This document shows, piece after piece, positions 35,374-43,891 of a DNA stretch of 49,763 bases. Numbering within the stretch: position 1 is the first letter of the stretch; each line of letters starts with the position of its first letter. The stretch comes from a virus. A program made the position numbers and the translations under genes. The stretch is from the IMG/VR virus record IMGVR_UViG_3300045988_172460; one strand, given 5' to 3'. The notes beneath the pieces are model-generated. The model was not told the DNA's origin, made no database searches, and saw only the letters and a list, made by a program, of their open reading frames with translations.

Positions 35374-37488
35374 CTATTTTCCCTCCGTTTTGTGATTTTT
35401 GATTCGTAAAGTTTTATCATCTTCATTTACATACATAGCAATAACTTGAGTGTCTACTTGAACAGAGTCTCTATTGTGATTAGTCAAACCTTCAGCGTTA
35501 TCGATAAAAATTGGAACGATATAGCCTTCCTGTTTCATTAGAGTGTTGGATACGTCTAATCCAGCTTGCATTCTGCTTCCGTTATTTAGAGAACTGAACG
35601 GTACCCCGTCAATCATCGGCTCACATACTGCTTCATTGAGTCCTCCGTCTTCAAAGAAATCGAACAATTTCCATTTAACAACTGAGAAGTGACTATTTAT
35701 AATTTCTTGCAGCATATTTTGTTTTGTTATAAAGAATTCTTCAAATAGTACTAATTTTTGTAATACTTCGCCTTTCTTATGAGATAATTGGCGCTCTTGT
35801 TCATTGAAATCTTCAATAATCGATAACTGTCTTTCATACTCTTTTAGCAAGGCCAATTTTTCATCAATCTTTGCGATTTCTTTATCTATTTCTGTAATCT
35901 CACTTGTTTTAGCGGAAGTTTGTTCTAGAATAGCTTCGTTACTTTGAGTAATGTATTCTTGCAATTTTTTTATTTCTTTAGTGATAGTTGAATATTTTTC
36001 AGTTGCTTCAAATGGTATTTTGTCTAATTTTAATGAGGAAATCTGCTGCTCTACATCAGCTAAGTTTTCCTTCACATCTTCCAAGTGTTTTTTAGCAATG
36101 TTATATGCTTCTGTTTTAATCAATAGTTGTTCTTTTAACTCGTTGATCTCTTTTTTTAGGGCTTCGCGATCTTTGTTATTTTGAATACCTTTTTCTCGAA
36201 TTTCAGAGAGCTTGATTTGCTTATCCGCTTCAAACTGGGCTTTTATTTCTTTATTTGTTAACTCAATTTCTTCTGCACGTTTTCGCTCTTCTTCCTCATG
36301 ATGTCGTTTCATGTCATCTTGATCCTTGACATCATATGGACGATTACAGTGCTGACAAATTAAAAGATTTTCATTGAATGATAATTTGGTATAAACTAGA
36401 CCGCCTGTAAATTCTTCAGCTTCTACTTCATCATATTTGTCGTACAATTCTTCATGCTTTTTATTTAATGCAATCAGTTCATTATCTTTTATAGAAACCA
36501 AACGTTCTGTTACATTAAGACTTGATTCTTCATCTGCATACGTCTTCTGGGCCTTATTGAGATCAGCAAAGAGTTTTGACTTACCTTGCTCAATGCCGTT
36601 AATGCGAGCATTCTGTGCATTATCATGCTTCAATTTAGCAGCAGTTAATTCTTCTTGTTTTGTATTAAGACTTGCAATTAATTCTGAAATATTACCACCA
36701 TTTCTAATTGTAACGAGCTGGTTTTCGATGTCATTTTTCTTTAATGTCAACTCGTTGCGAGTGGTTAATAGTTGCTCTTTGTTGATATTTTCAATATCTG
36801 GCAATGCTGCTTGAATACCTTCGATTTTTACAGGAATATTTTTCAGCGTTTCGTTGATTCGCTTTTGGTCTTGAAGCACACGATCACGAGCTGTTTTAAT
36901 GTCATCATTGCCAATAATTTCTTTTAATTGGTGAATTGATGGCGTTTCGTTGATAATCTCTTCATCTGTCTTGCTGCCAAAGTATTCAAAAAGCTTTTGA
37001 CGTCGTTCATCTGCCACTAACTGCTCACAAAAATAAGTCACACTAGTCAGATTCTTAAATGTGTCTTGATCTAATACTTTTTCTACTTCATCGTCAAATG
37101 CTTTCTTTGTGGTGGTCTCTAATCCGTCTACGAGGTATTTTGTAAACATCTCATAAGACTTGTGTTCCGAATTTCGTTTGATAACCTCTTTGTCTCCTCG
37201 GACCTTTTCAAACTCCTTTGCCTGACCATTGATAGTCAAAACGACAGTTACTGATGTCTGTTTACCGCGAATTGGCTCGCTATTTTCATCAAGTGGACGC
37301 CACTGAATCTTAGTACGTTCTTTTGAATCTTTGTTGAACAAGCACCAGAGAAAAGCATCATAGATAGTTGTTTTGCCTGCATCGTTGTCTCCAAAAATAT
37401 CAATACTTTTACCATTTGGTTCAATCATCAGGTCCGATATACCTTTAAAATTATGAATACGGATTGACTCCAAGCTAATGTTTTTCAT
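35374..37488 (-). CDS. Rad50/SbcC-like AAA ATPase with long coiled coil and a CxxC hook-like motif
   Basis: ATG at 37488 (AAGGAG 9 nt upstream). Walker A GDNDAGKTT, about 400 aa of coiled coil with central CQHCNRPY, C-terminal PIFIDNAEGL. Confidence 0.75.
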   Translation of the reverse strand: MKNISLESIRIHNFKGISDLMIEPNGKSIDIFGDNDAGKTTIYDAFLWCLFNKDSKERTKIQWRPLDENSEPIRGKQTSVTVVLTINGQAKEFEKVRGDKEVIKRNSEHKSYEMFTKYLVDGLETTTKKAFDDEVEKVLDQDTFKNLTSVTYFCEQLVADERRQKLFEYFGSKTDEEIINETPSIHQLKEIIGNDDIKTARDRVLQDQKRINETLKNIPVKIEGIQAALPDIENINKEQLLTTRNELTLKKNDIENQLVTIRNGGNISELIASLNTKQEELTAAKLKHDNAQNARINGIEQGKSKLFADLNKAQKTYADEESSLNVTERLVSIKDNELIALNKKHEELYDKYDEVEAEEFTGGLVYTKLSFNENLLICQHCNRPYDVKDQDDMKRHHEEEERKRAEEIELTNKEIKAQFEADKQIKLSEIREKGIQNNKDREALKKEINELKEQLLIKTEAYNIAKKHLEDVKENLADVEQQISSLKLDKIPFEATEKYSTITKEIKKLQEYITQSNEAILEQTSAKTSEITEIDKEIAKIDEKLALLKEYERQLSIIEDFNEQERQLSHKKGEVLQKLVLFEEFFITKQNMLQEIINSHFSVVKWKLFDFFEDGGLNEAVCEPMIDGVPFSSLNNGSRMQAGLDVSNTLMKQEGYIVPIFIDNAEGLTNHNRDSVQVDTQVIAMYVNEDDKTLRIKNHKTEGK

Positions 37489-37492
37489 ACAA

Positions 37493-37783
37493 TTAATCTC
37501 CTTCAATTTCGATATTGTCTTCTAAGATTGCTCGTATAACTGTTTCTTTGCGTTTGTTACAAATTTCAGTAGCAACATCATACCAAGCACTACTATGATT
37601 TTGATTCAGCTCTGTTGTTAAATCATATCTATAACTTTTACTAATTATTGGATCAACTAACCAATCCATACGTGCAATTAAGGCTGTAGCGTATAATTCT
37701 CGTTCTGCGCAATTTTCAGTCGCGTTTTTAAACCATTCTTCAAACCGTTTTGACATGGTTAATTTATTTGACACATTATCCAT
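37493..37783 (-). CDS. Hypothetical early protein
   Basis: 96 aa with a GGAGGAAATGAA SD. Confidence 0.6.
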   Translation of the reverse strand: MDNVSNKLTMSKRFEEWFKNATENCAERELYATALIARMDWLVDPIISKSYRYDLTTELNQNHSSAWYDVATEICNKRKETVIRAILEDNIEIEGD

Positions 37784-37838
37784 TTCATTTCCTCCAGATT
37801 TTGTGTTATAATTCTCATGTATAATTTTTGTATGGGAC

Positions 37839-38054
37839 TTAATCGTTTGTGGACGAGTGAGTCTCTTTTTTTGTGTAAGCTAAATATTTTGCATCGTCGT
37901 ATTTCATGAACCAAACAACTGCAATTGGTCCAATAATCAAAAGTAGATAGCTCGCTGGAACACTATTTTTAATTACTAACCCTAATATAAAGACAAGAAT
38001 AAATGATCCTAAAATTCTAGCTTCGTATAAGCTTTTTGGTTTTCTTTTCTTCAT
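37839..38054 (-). CDS. Small membrane protein (2 TM)
   Basis: 71 aa. Hydrophobic segments ILGSFILVFILGLVI and YLLLIIGPIAVVWF. Confidence 0.55.
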   Translation of the reverse strand: MKKRKPKSLYEARILGSFILVFILGLVIKNSVPASYLLLIIGPIAVVWFMKYDDAKYLAYTKKETHSSTND

Positions 38055-38222
38055 TTATTTTCCACTCCTATTTACCCATAGCACTCTGATAAACATTAAA
38101 AAAAGTGCTAATATAATCGCTGTTAAAAATTGTGATTTAATCAAACATAAAATAAACACAAAGAATAAAATTCCTACGGAAAGTGTCATCATTGTTTTAA
38201 TTGCAAGTTCCTTATTCTTCAC
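38055..38222 (-). CDS. Small membrane protein (55 aa, not in the ORF track)
   Basis: GTG at 38222 after GGAGGG. VKNKELAIKTMMTLSVGILFFVFILCLIKSQFLTAIILALFLMFIRVLWVNRSGK. Its stop abuts the next ATG. Confidence 0.4.
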   Translation of the reverse strand: MKNKELAIKTMMTLSVGILFFVFILCLIKSQFLTAIILALFLMFIRVLWVNRSGK

Positions 38223-38233
38223 TAGAGACCCTC

Positions 38234-38464
38234 CTATATAAAGTTTCTTTCATACCATTCTTCTAAATCATCGACTTCTATTCTTACCAATCCACCATTT
38301 CTTTTAGCAGGTAATGGATCAATTTCTCGTTTCATCCATCTTGTAACAGTAGCAGCTGAAACATTTTTTCTTTTTGCTACTTCTATTGCTTTCAAAGGTG
38401 GAATTTTCTTTGAATTAACTTTTCGATCTTTTTTTGATTTAAAATCAATAACTTCTATTGTCAT
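38234..38464 (-). CDS. Excisionase-family / MerR-like HTH DNA-binding protein
   Basis: 76 aa. ...AIEVAKRKNVSAATVTRWMKREIDPLPAKRNGGLVRIEVDDLEEWY fits the excisionase-type winged helix. Confidence 0.55.
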   Translation of the reverse strand: MTIEVIDFKSKKDRKVNSKKIPPLKAIEVAKRKNVSAATVTRWMKREIDPLPAKRNGGLVRIEVDDLEEWYERNFI

Positions 38465-39005
38465 TTGTATTCTCCTTCCTCATGTATCCTAGTTGTTCCC
38501 AATATGGAAAACGTTGCTCACTTAAATAACGAATATCGATTGAAGCAAGATCACACAAGCTACTAAGTAGTGTGATTTCAACAATTACTTCATCTAAATA
38601 TTCATTTGCGTATGCAACTATTTTAGAAATATCTTGTTCAGATAAATATTCAGGATTTTTCAAAATAATTCTTTCTATGTCATGCTTCAATGCTTTTCTC
38701 TCATTAGATTCAATTTTCTGTAATCGGTCCAATGACGAAGGGTCTTTTCGATAAACATCTCCATCGCAAGTTTTAAACATTCCAAAAAACTGATGAATAA
38801 CTTCCATTGTGAAAGTCGAATCTCTAAAGTGATCACTAAGCCTTAGAGCATTTTCAATCGTTACTGGTTTAACATTATTCTGAGAAGTCCAATCACTCAA
38901 TGATTGTTGCGATGTACTGATTTCACGTGCGACATCTTTCTTCTTTTCATTTTTCTTATTAAGAACTTCGATTAACGACTTTCTTAATATTACTGACATT
39001 GACAT
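38445..39005 (-). CDS. Early regulatory protein with an N-terminal HTH-like region
   Basis: 186 aa. KKDVAREISTSQQSLSDWTSQNN resembles an XRE-type HTH. Confidence 0.5.
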   Translation of the reverse strand: MSMSVILRKSLIEVLNKKNEKKKDVAREISTSQQSLSDWTSQNNVKPVTIENALRLSDHFRDSTFTMEVIHQFFGMFKTCDGDVYRKDPSSLDRLQKIESNERKALKHDIERIILKNPEYLSEQDISKIVAYANEYLDEVIVEITLLSSLCDLASIDIRYLSEQRFPYWEQLGYMRKENTNDNRSY

Positions 39006-39067
39006 TTACTTTTACTTCTTCCTTTCTTAATTAACCATCTTTTTATATGATGTATTTTTTTATACAA

Positions 39068-39214
39068 TTAGATTAGATCCAATTGATAGTTCAACTTATC
39101 CTGTGCTTGTTCATACAGACGAACTAACTGGTCATCTGTTGCTAGTTCAACAATAAGCTTTACGTTTGGCATGATTTCCAAAATGAAATCAATCATTTTT
39201 TGTTTTTCTGGCAT
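39068..39214 (-). CDS. Small early ORF (48 aa, not in the ORF track)
   Basis: ATG at 39214 with GGAGGTGAAAAT upstream. MPEKQKMIDFILEIMPNVKLIVELATDDQLVRLYEQAQDKLNYQLDLI. Confidence 0.5.
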   Translation of the reverse strand: MPEKQKMIDFILEIMPNVKLIVELATDDQLVRLYEQAQDKLNYQLDLI

Positions 39215-39253
39215 ATTTTCACCTCCTATCCAAATATTAAGAGTCATAACGAG

Positions 39254-39445
39254 TCATAGTTGTTCAAAAAAAATTGTCCAATCAAAATCTAAGATTGATG
39301 CGATTCGCATAGCACTTTCCACAGACGGCCTTCTTCTTCCCTGTTCAATAGATGCATACGTGGTTCTTGAAATTTCCGCTTTAACGGCAACCTCTTCTTG
39401 AGTCATTTTATTTTTTATACGCAATTTCAATAGCCAATCTCTCAT
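39254..39445 (-). CDS. cro: Cro-like XRE-family HTH repressor
   Basis: Start trimmed to the ATG at 39445 (GAAGGAGG upstream), 63 aa. MTQEEVAVKAEISRTTYASIEQGRRRPSV. First gene of the leftward early operon. Confidence 0.7.
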   Translation of the reverse strand: MRDWLLKLRIKNKMTQEEVAVKAEISRTTYASIEQGRRRPSVESAMRIASILDFDWTIFFEQL

Positions 39446-39482
39446 TTTGTGTCCTCCTTCATGTGTCGTATTGCGTACTTTT

Positions 39483-39511
39483 ATAATACTACGCACTCTG
39501 ACACATGTCAA
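39483..39511 (-). promoter_or_regulatory. Early lytic promoter (minus strand): TTGACA-17-TATTAT
   Basis: -35 TTGACA is the reverse complement of 39506..39511. -10 TATTAT is the reverse complement of 39483..39488. Exact 17-nt spacer. Flanked by the TGCGTACT and ACTACGCA half-sites. Confidence 0.7.
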
Positions 39512-39550
39512 CAACTAATTACTCTTTTTGACACATTTAATATATTTAAC

Positions 39551-39579
39551 TTCAAACTACGCAGATTGCGTAGTATTAT
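39551..39579 (+). promoter_or_regulatory. Candidate repressor-gene promoter (plus strand): TTCAAA-17-TATTAT
   Basis: TTCAAA at 39551..39556, TATTAT at 39574..39579. The 19-nt operator palindrome fills the spacer. Confidence 0.5.
39556..39574. promoter_or_regulatory. Operator palindrome ACTACGCA-gat-TGCGTAGT
   Basis: Perfect 8+8 inverted repeat. Related half-sites TGCGTACT (39472..39479) and ACTACGCA (39488..39495). A second motif, TGACACAT, occurs at 39499 and 39529, with an inverted imperfect copy at 39461. Confidence 0.65.
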
Positions 39580-39610
39580 ATATACATAACAAATCGTAGG
39601 AGGTAACATT

Positions 39611-39934
39611 ATGTTCGGTACACGTTTAACAGAATTAAGGAAACAAAAAAAATTAACACAAACTGATGTTGCAAATGCACTTGGTGTAGCTAGAACGACT
39701 TACTCTTCCTATGAACAAGGAAGAAGAACTCCAGATATAGATATCCAAAATAAGATTGCTGACTATTTCAATGTAAGTTTAGATTATTTACATGGGAGAG
39801 AAAGTTTTGAAGATACTTCCTTATCAAAAAAACAATTAACCGTCGCTGCTCATATAGACGATGACGTTTCGGATACAGAAATGAATGAGATTCTCTCTTT
39901 CATTGATTATATTAAGAAACGCGATCACAAATAA
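39611..39934 (+). CDS. CI-like XRE-family repressor
   Basis: 107 aa, AGGAGG SD. LTQTDVANALGVARTTYSSYEQGRRTPD. Divergent from cro and followed by an ImmA-like protease. Confidence 0.75.
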   Translation: MFGTRLTELRKQKKLTQTDVANALGVARTTYSSYEQGRRTPDIDIQNKIADYFNVSLDYLHGRESFEDTSLSKKQLTVAAHIDDDVSDTEMNEILSFIDYIKKRDHK

Positions 39935-39954
39935 TTAAAGTAGTAGGTGTTTGA

Positions 39955-40419
39955 ATGGTAACTTCAGAAGAACTGATGGCTCGCTTTTCAGATTTAACGT
40001 ATAAGTTTGAACCAAACATGCCAGAAAAGCAAAAAGGATTGTATATTAACAATGTTGTGTATTTAAATCCTCAACAACATCCTAGAGAATTAACTAGTAC
40101 TGTTGCAGAGGAAATTGGGCATCACCTCACGTCGGTTGGTGATATAATAGATCAAGATACAAATGAAAAGAGAAAACAAGAACAAAAGGCTCGCGATATC
40201 GGAGCAACAATCGTAGTCACACCTCAAGATTTGATTGACTGCTATCATGAACGTTTTACATATGTTTGGGAATGCGCCGATTTCCTAGGCATTACAAAAC
40301 AAGCCTTGGAATGTGCTTTATCTGCTTATTCCAAACAGTTTCCTGAAGGACTTGTATACGGCGATTATAAACTGTTTTTTAAACCTAACGGTACATTAGG
40401 GATCGTTGAATGGTTTTAA
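39955..40419 (+). CDS. ImmA/IrrE-like metalloprotease
   Basis: 154 aa. VAEEIGHHLTSV at the position of the ImmA zinc-binding helix (a variant of the HExxH motif). Typical pairing with an XRE repressor. Confidence 0.65.
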   Translation: MVTSEELMARFSDLTYKFEPNMPEKQKGLYINNVVYLNPQQHPRELTSTVAEEIGHHLTSVGDIIDQDTNEKRKQEQKARDIGATIVVTPQDLIDCYHERFTYVWECADFLGITKQALECALSAYSKQFPEGLVYGDYKLFFKPNGTLGIVEWF

Positions 40420-40436
40420 AACAAAGGAGCTATATT

Positions 40437-41189
40437 ATGAGAAAAAGTATTTTATTCATGTTGGGAATATCTTTGTTCTCAATGACTGCTTGTTCTAATG
40501 GGGATAAAAAAGAAGTAAAATCAAAAGCATCATCCTCTACTGTTATCTCTGTCACCAAAGAATCATCTGGTAATACGAAGAAAAATGAATCAAATTCAAT
40601 AACTAAAACGTCTAACGTTGTTTCTTCTACATCTGTGGAAAAAACACAGATGGAAGTAAGTTTAGCTGATTTTATTGGTGGTTGGGGTATTCCTCAAAGT
40701 GGAAACCTTTTTTTTATTAATGAAGATGGGACATATTCAAATGGTCAAGTAGACCATTCTTCATTAATTGACCTTAAATTTAATATTTTAGCAGACGGAA
40801 GAAAATCAATGAGCTCAAATTTAGGAACTCTAATTAAAGAATCTGATGGCACCTTAACAGATGGTGAACTAGTCTTTCAACCACTTGAGTTTAGTAACAA
40901 AGAAGATTTCCTTGCAGATAAACAAAAAGAATACAAAAATTCTCCCGAAACTAATGCACCTGAGAACGAAGTTGAAATTACTAATACTACAGAAGATATC
41001 ACTAACGGAAATATCTCTACTGACACAAATACGCTCACAGGGTTCTTAAATGTGTATGGTATGAGTCCTGCAACTTATAAAGTTACTATTGAAGGAATGA
41101 GTGAAGAAGAAGCTTTAAGAAACACACCTAAAGAAATGAAAACTTCTGCTGAAATACAATTAGGTATCTCTAAATATGGTATTCAATAA
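40437..41189 (+). CDS. Prophage lipoprotein (candidate superinfection-exclusion protein)
   Basis: ATG at 40437 with AAAGGAG upstream. Signal peptide plus lipobox MRKSILFMLGISLFSMTAC-SNG. Ser/Thr-rich linker. Located in the lysogeny module. Confidence 0.7.
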   Translation: MRKSILFMLGISLFSMTACSNGDKKEVKSKASSSTVISVTKESSGNTKKNESNSITKTSNVVSSTSVEKTQMEVSLADFIGGWGIPQSGNLFFINEDGTYSNGQVDHSSLIDLKFNILADGRKSMSSNLGTLIKESDGTLTDGELVFQPLEFSNKEDFLADKQKEYKNSPETNAPENEVEITNTTEDITNGNISTDTNTLTGFLNVYGMSPATYKVTIEGMSEEEALRNTPKEMKTSAEIQLGISKYGIQ

Positions 41190-41247
41190 TTTGTCTACGA
41201 TTTATAATTAACATTAGCCATAAAAAATACACATAGGAGGCTAAAAA

Positions 41248-41841
41248 ATGAGTGCATTTTTAGGTCTATCATCTTTATTAGGATTATTCGTAACTTCTGT
41301 ATATTTTGTTTACTGTATTTTTAAGAAGAGAAATAATTTATCCTATTTTGTATGGATTTATATGATTCTTATTGGATTATTTTTCACTGCGTTAGAGTTA
41401 TTTATTCCAGGTACTATTTTTCTTACTATTTCATTGTATAAAATATTACAAGATCCAAAAACAAAGGAATTGCTACATGAGCAAGAAATAAAACGAACAG
41501 AAAAAATAATAGAAAAACAAAACCCTATTCAAGAATTCACAGAAAGTAATTCAAACGAAAAAGATCTAAATCAGAAAGTTGCTTCAACATATTCTAACGA
41601 TTATTATCCCTCGGATAAAAAAGCTGGGCTATTCCATCTTGGCGTCTATTGTCCTTATTGTAGAAGCCTTAACGTCCAATATATGCATAATAATTGTAAA
41701 GGCTTCTCTGTGGGAAAGGCTGCAGGGGGAGCACTTTTAACTGGAGGAATAGGAACACTAGCTGGTTTCGCTGGAAAAAAGGGTAAAAAAAACACATGGA
41801 GATGTAATAATTGCGGATGTACGTTTAAATCCGCTAAGTAA
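41248..41841 (+). CDS. Membrane protein with a C-terminal split zinc ribbon
   Basis: 197 aa, AGGAGG SD. Three N-terminal hydrophobic helices. CPYC...(Gly-rich hydrophobic segment)...CNNCGC. Confidence 0.65.
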   Translation: MSAFLGLSSLLGLFVTSVYFVYCIFKKRNNLSYFVWIYMILIGLFFTALELFIPGTIFLTISLYKILQDPKTKELLHEQEIKRTEKIIEKQNPIQEFTESNSNEKDLNQKVASTYSNDYYPSDKKAGLFHLGVYCPYCRSLNVQYMHNNCKGFSVGKAAGGALLTGGIGTLAGFAGKKGKKNTWRCNNCGCTFKSAK

Positions 41842-41996
41842 GATTAGCCTATGGGCTTTTCTTTTAAAACCAAAAAGAACATACGTTCTTATCCATTGAG
41901 CTGAATACTGAAAAAATAAATGATTTTTAATATAAATCTTCTATTTTATGTTACTAATTTTATTTAAACAGTAAAACTACGAAAGGATTGACTATA

Positions 41997-42278
41997 ATGA
42001 TGACACCATATGAATTGAGAGAAAGATTGAAAAGAGATGTTCCAGAAGTAACAATTTATCCAATATTAACAAACCCATATTATAGTGAAGAAGAATATCA
42101 AGATGTGCTGAAGGATCAATTAAAACCAAAAAAAGACATTGAAACTGATAATATGGTCACACTCCCCTTATTTTCATGGAAAGAAAAAGAATTAAAAATG
42201 GATAAGTTCTATGAAAAAGGCTGGTATAAACCTAAACTTTATACCCTTCCAAAATCTATGTTCAGGAGTGAAGATTAA
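41997..42278 (+). CDS. Hypothetical protein, translationally coupled to the integrase
   Basis: ATG at 41997 after GAAAGGA. 93 aa. TAATG overlap with the int start. Confidence 0.55.
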   Translation: MMTPYELRERLKRDVPEVTIYPILTNPYYSEEEYQDVLKDQLKPKKDIETDNMVTLPLFSWKEKELKMDKFYEKGWYKPKLYTLPKSMFRSED

Positions 42279-43504
42279 TGGCTTCTATAAAATCTTATAA
42301 ATTGAAAAATGGTCAAGAACGTTGGGAATACTTCGTTTCAAATGGACGTAGCAATGGTACTGGCAGGCAACAAAAAATACACAAGAGAGGTTTTAGAAGT
42401 CATAAGGAAGCTTTGAAAGCTGCAAAAATAATTGAAGGGCAAATTGCATCTGAAGAATTCGTTAAAGAAAATCCACAAAAAATGACTATTTCAAAATTTA
42501 TGAATATTTGGATAAACGAATACAAAAATAACGTTAAGGAAGGATCACGAATTGTCTATCGAGATGCTATCCGTATGTATATTGATCCCTATATAGGTAA
42601 TTATCAATTAAATAAATATAAACCTGCGGATCACCAAAAGTTTATTAATAGCTTGTTTACGAATAAAGAACTAGGAAAAAGTAAAAATGGGCTTAGTTAC
42701 AATACAGTAAAAATTGTAAATGCAGCTCTTTCCAATGCATTCAAAAAGGCGCAAAAATTAGGGTATATAAAAAGCAATCCTACCTACTTCGTTGAATTTC
42801 CTTTAGATAAGGTTAAGGAAAAAACAAATAAAGAAAAGAAACTAGAATTCTACACTTTAGAGCAGGAAAATCTATTTCTTGACACTGCTAGAAATTTTGA
42901 CGATTTTATGTGGTATGTATTTTTTTTAATCATTTTCGACTTAGGCTTGCGGAAAGGCGAAGTAATGGCCTTACGATGGTTTAACTTTGATTTTAGAGAT
43001 AATATTCTCACATTTGACAAGCAGCGTTTGTATAGAAAAGAGCAACCTGGTCAAGTAATTTTAGATGATGTTAAAACTGATGCTGGGAAGAGAAGTTTAA
43101 AAATGACAAACAGAGTGAGAAACTCCGTCTTAGAACTCTATAGTATTAATTATGATCTTACAAGTAATGTATTACCCATGACTAACTCAAACCAAGATTT
43201 TTTATTTATCAATCATAGAGGAAAAAACGTTGGCTTGCCTATTCGTCAACGATCCGTTGACACAGCTTGGCACCGTATCATTCAAAAAGCAAACTTACCA
43301 AAAATCAGAATTCATGACGGTCGCCATACTAATGCTGCTCGTTTACGACAAGCAGGAGTTCCACTTGAGGACATTAAAGACATGCTTGGTCATAAGAATG
43401 TTAAAACGACTGAGATATATGCACATGTCTCTCCTGAAGTGAAAGAACGAGCTGTAAATAAACTTGAATTATATCAAATGCAACACAAAAAATCAGGTAA
43501 CTAA
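42278..43504 (+). CDS. int: Tyrosine integrase
   Basis: 408 aa. R (LRKGEVMALRW), HxxR (IHDGRHTNAARL), H..Y (LGHKNVKTTEIYAHV). Followed by attP-like repeats. Confidence 0.9.
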   Translation: MASIKSYKLKNGQERWEYFVSNGRSNGTGRQQKIHKRGFRSHKEALKAAKIIEGQIASEEFVKENPQKMTISKFMNIWINEYKNNVKEGSRIVYRDAIRMYIDPYIGNYQLNKYKPADHQKFINSLFTNKELGKSKNGLSYNTVKIVNAALSNAFKKAQKLGYIKSNPTYFVEFPLDKVKEKTNKEKKLEFYTLEQENLFLDTARNFDDFMWYVFFLIIFDLGLRKGEVMALRWFNFDFRDNILTFDKQRLYRKEQPGQVILDDVKTDAGKRSLKMTNRVRNSVLELYSINYDLTSNVLPMTNSNQDFLFINHRGKNVGLPIRQRSVDTAWHRIIQKANLPKIRIHDGRHTNAARLRQAGVPLEDIKDMLGHKNVKTTEIYAHVSPEVKERAVNKLELYQMQHKKSGN

Positions 43505-43523
43505 AACGTTACCTGATTTTTTT
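43494..43523 (+). terminator. Rho-independent terminator of int
   Basis: CAGGTAAC-taaaac-GTTACCTG (8 bp, with the stop codon in the loop), then aTTTTTTT. Confidence 0.75.
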
Positions 43524-43526
43524 ATA

Positions 43527-43584
43527 AATGTATCACCAAATGTATCACCAAAAATATTTCAAAGCAAACATCTTTGTATCACCA
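43527..43584 (+). repeat. Arm-type repeat cluster 1: three copies of TGTATCACCA
   Basis: Copies at 43529..43538, 43541..43550 (a tandem 12-mer AATGTATCACCA) and 43575..43584, all in the same orientation. Confidence 0.75.
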
Positions 43585-43800
43585 CAAAGCTAAAAATTAA
43601 CTTAGAATACTATTCTATAGGCGTGCATTTAAGTCTTTTGCTAATTCTTCAAATCCTGGTTTACCTAATAAAGCGAACATGTTGCGTTTGTTAGTTAAAA
43701 TTTTTCCATAGATTTCATTCTTTCCGATTACTTATATATCAATGATTTATTAGTTATTGAAGTCTTTCACTATTTACATTTTTTTCATAGATATTTCAGA
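43585..43800. other. Probable attP core region
   Basis: Non-coding stretch bracketed by the TGTATCACCA clusters. Carries TTTCATAGAT(T/A)T repeats (43707, 43786, plus 43839 outside) and a 38-codon start-less open frame on the minus strand (43731..43615). Confidence 0.55.
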
Positions 43801-43822
43801 TGTATCACCAAATGTATCACCA
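43801..43822 (+). repeat. Arm-type repeat cluster 2: two copies of TGTATCACCA
   Basis: Copies at 43801..43810 and 43813..43822, same orientation and 12-nt register as cluster 1. Confidence 0.75.
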
Positions 43823-43861
43823 TTTGTTTTTATCATTTCATAGATTTACAAAATTTTTCTA

Positions 43862-43891
43862 TAGACAACACGAACATACATTCGGTATAAT
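43862..43891 (+). promoter_or_regulatory. Candidate promoter of the 82-aa ORF: TAGACA-18-TATAAT
   Basis: TAGACA at 43862..43867, TATAAT at 43886..43891. AGGAGGG SD at 43901, ATG at 43915. Confidence 0.5.

Noticed and set aside
39446-39514. Long N-terminal extensions proposed by the ORF track for cro, with similar cases at 21351..21410, 24398..24436, 40410..40436, 13117..13164, 26866..26892 and 37489..37506
   Set aside because: In each case an internal ATG has a proper SD at 6-10 nt. The extension would also run through a promoter, an operator, an inverted repeat or the upstream gene.
43464-43694. 76-aa plus-strand ORF starting inside the integrase 3' end
   Set aside because: It runs through the int terminator and the arm-type repeats of attP, has no SD and has a hydrophobic low-complexity sequence. 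It is better explained as non-coding attP DNA.
43527-43822. Whether the TGTATCACCA repeats could be a small CRISPR-like array
   Set aside because: The repeats are only 10-12 nt, partly tandem without spacers and irregularly spaced. They sit next to an integrase, and no cas genes are present. Arm-type recombinase sites fit better.
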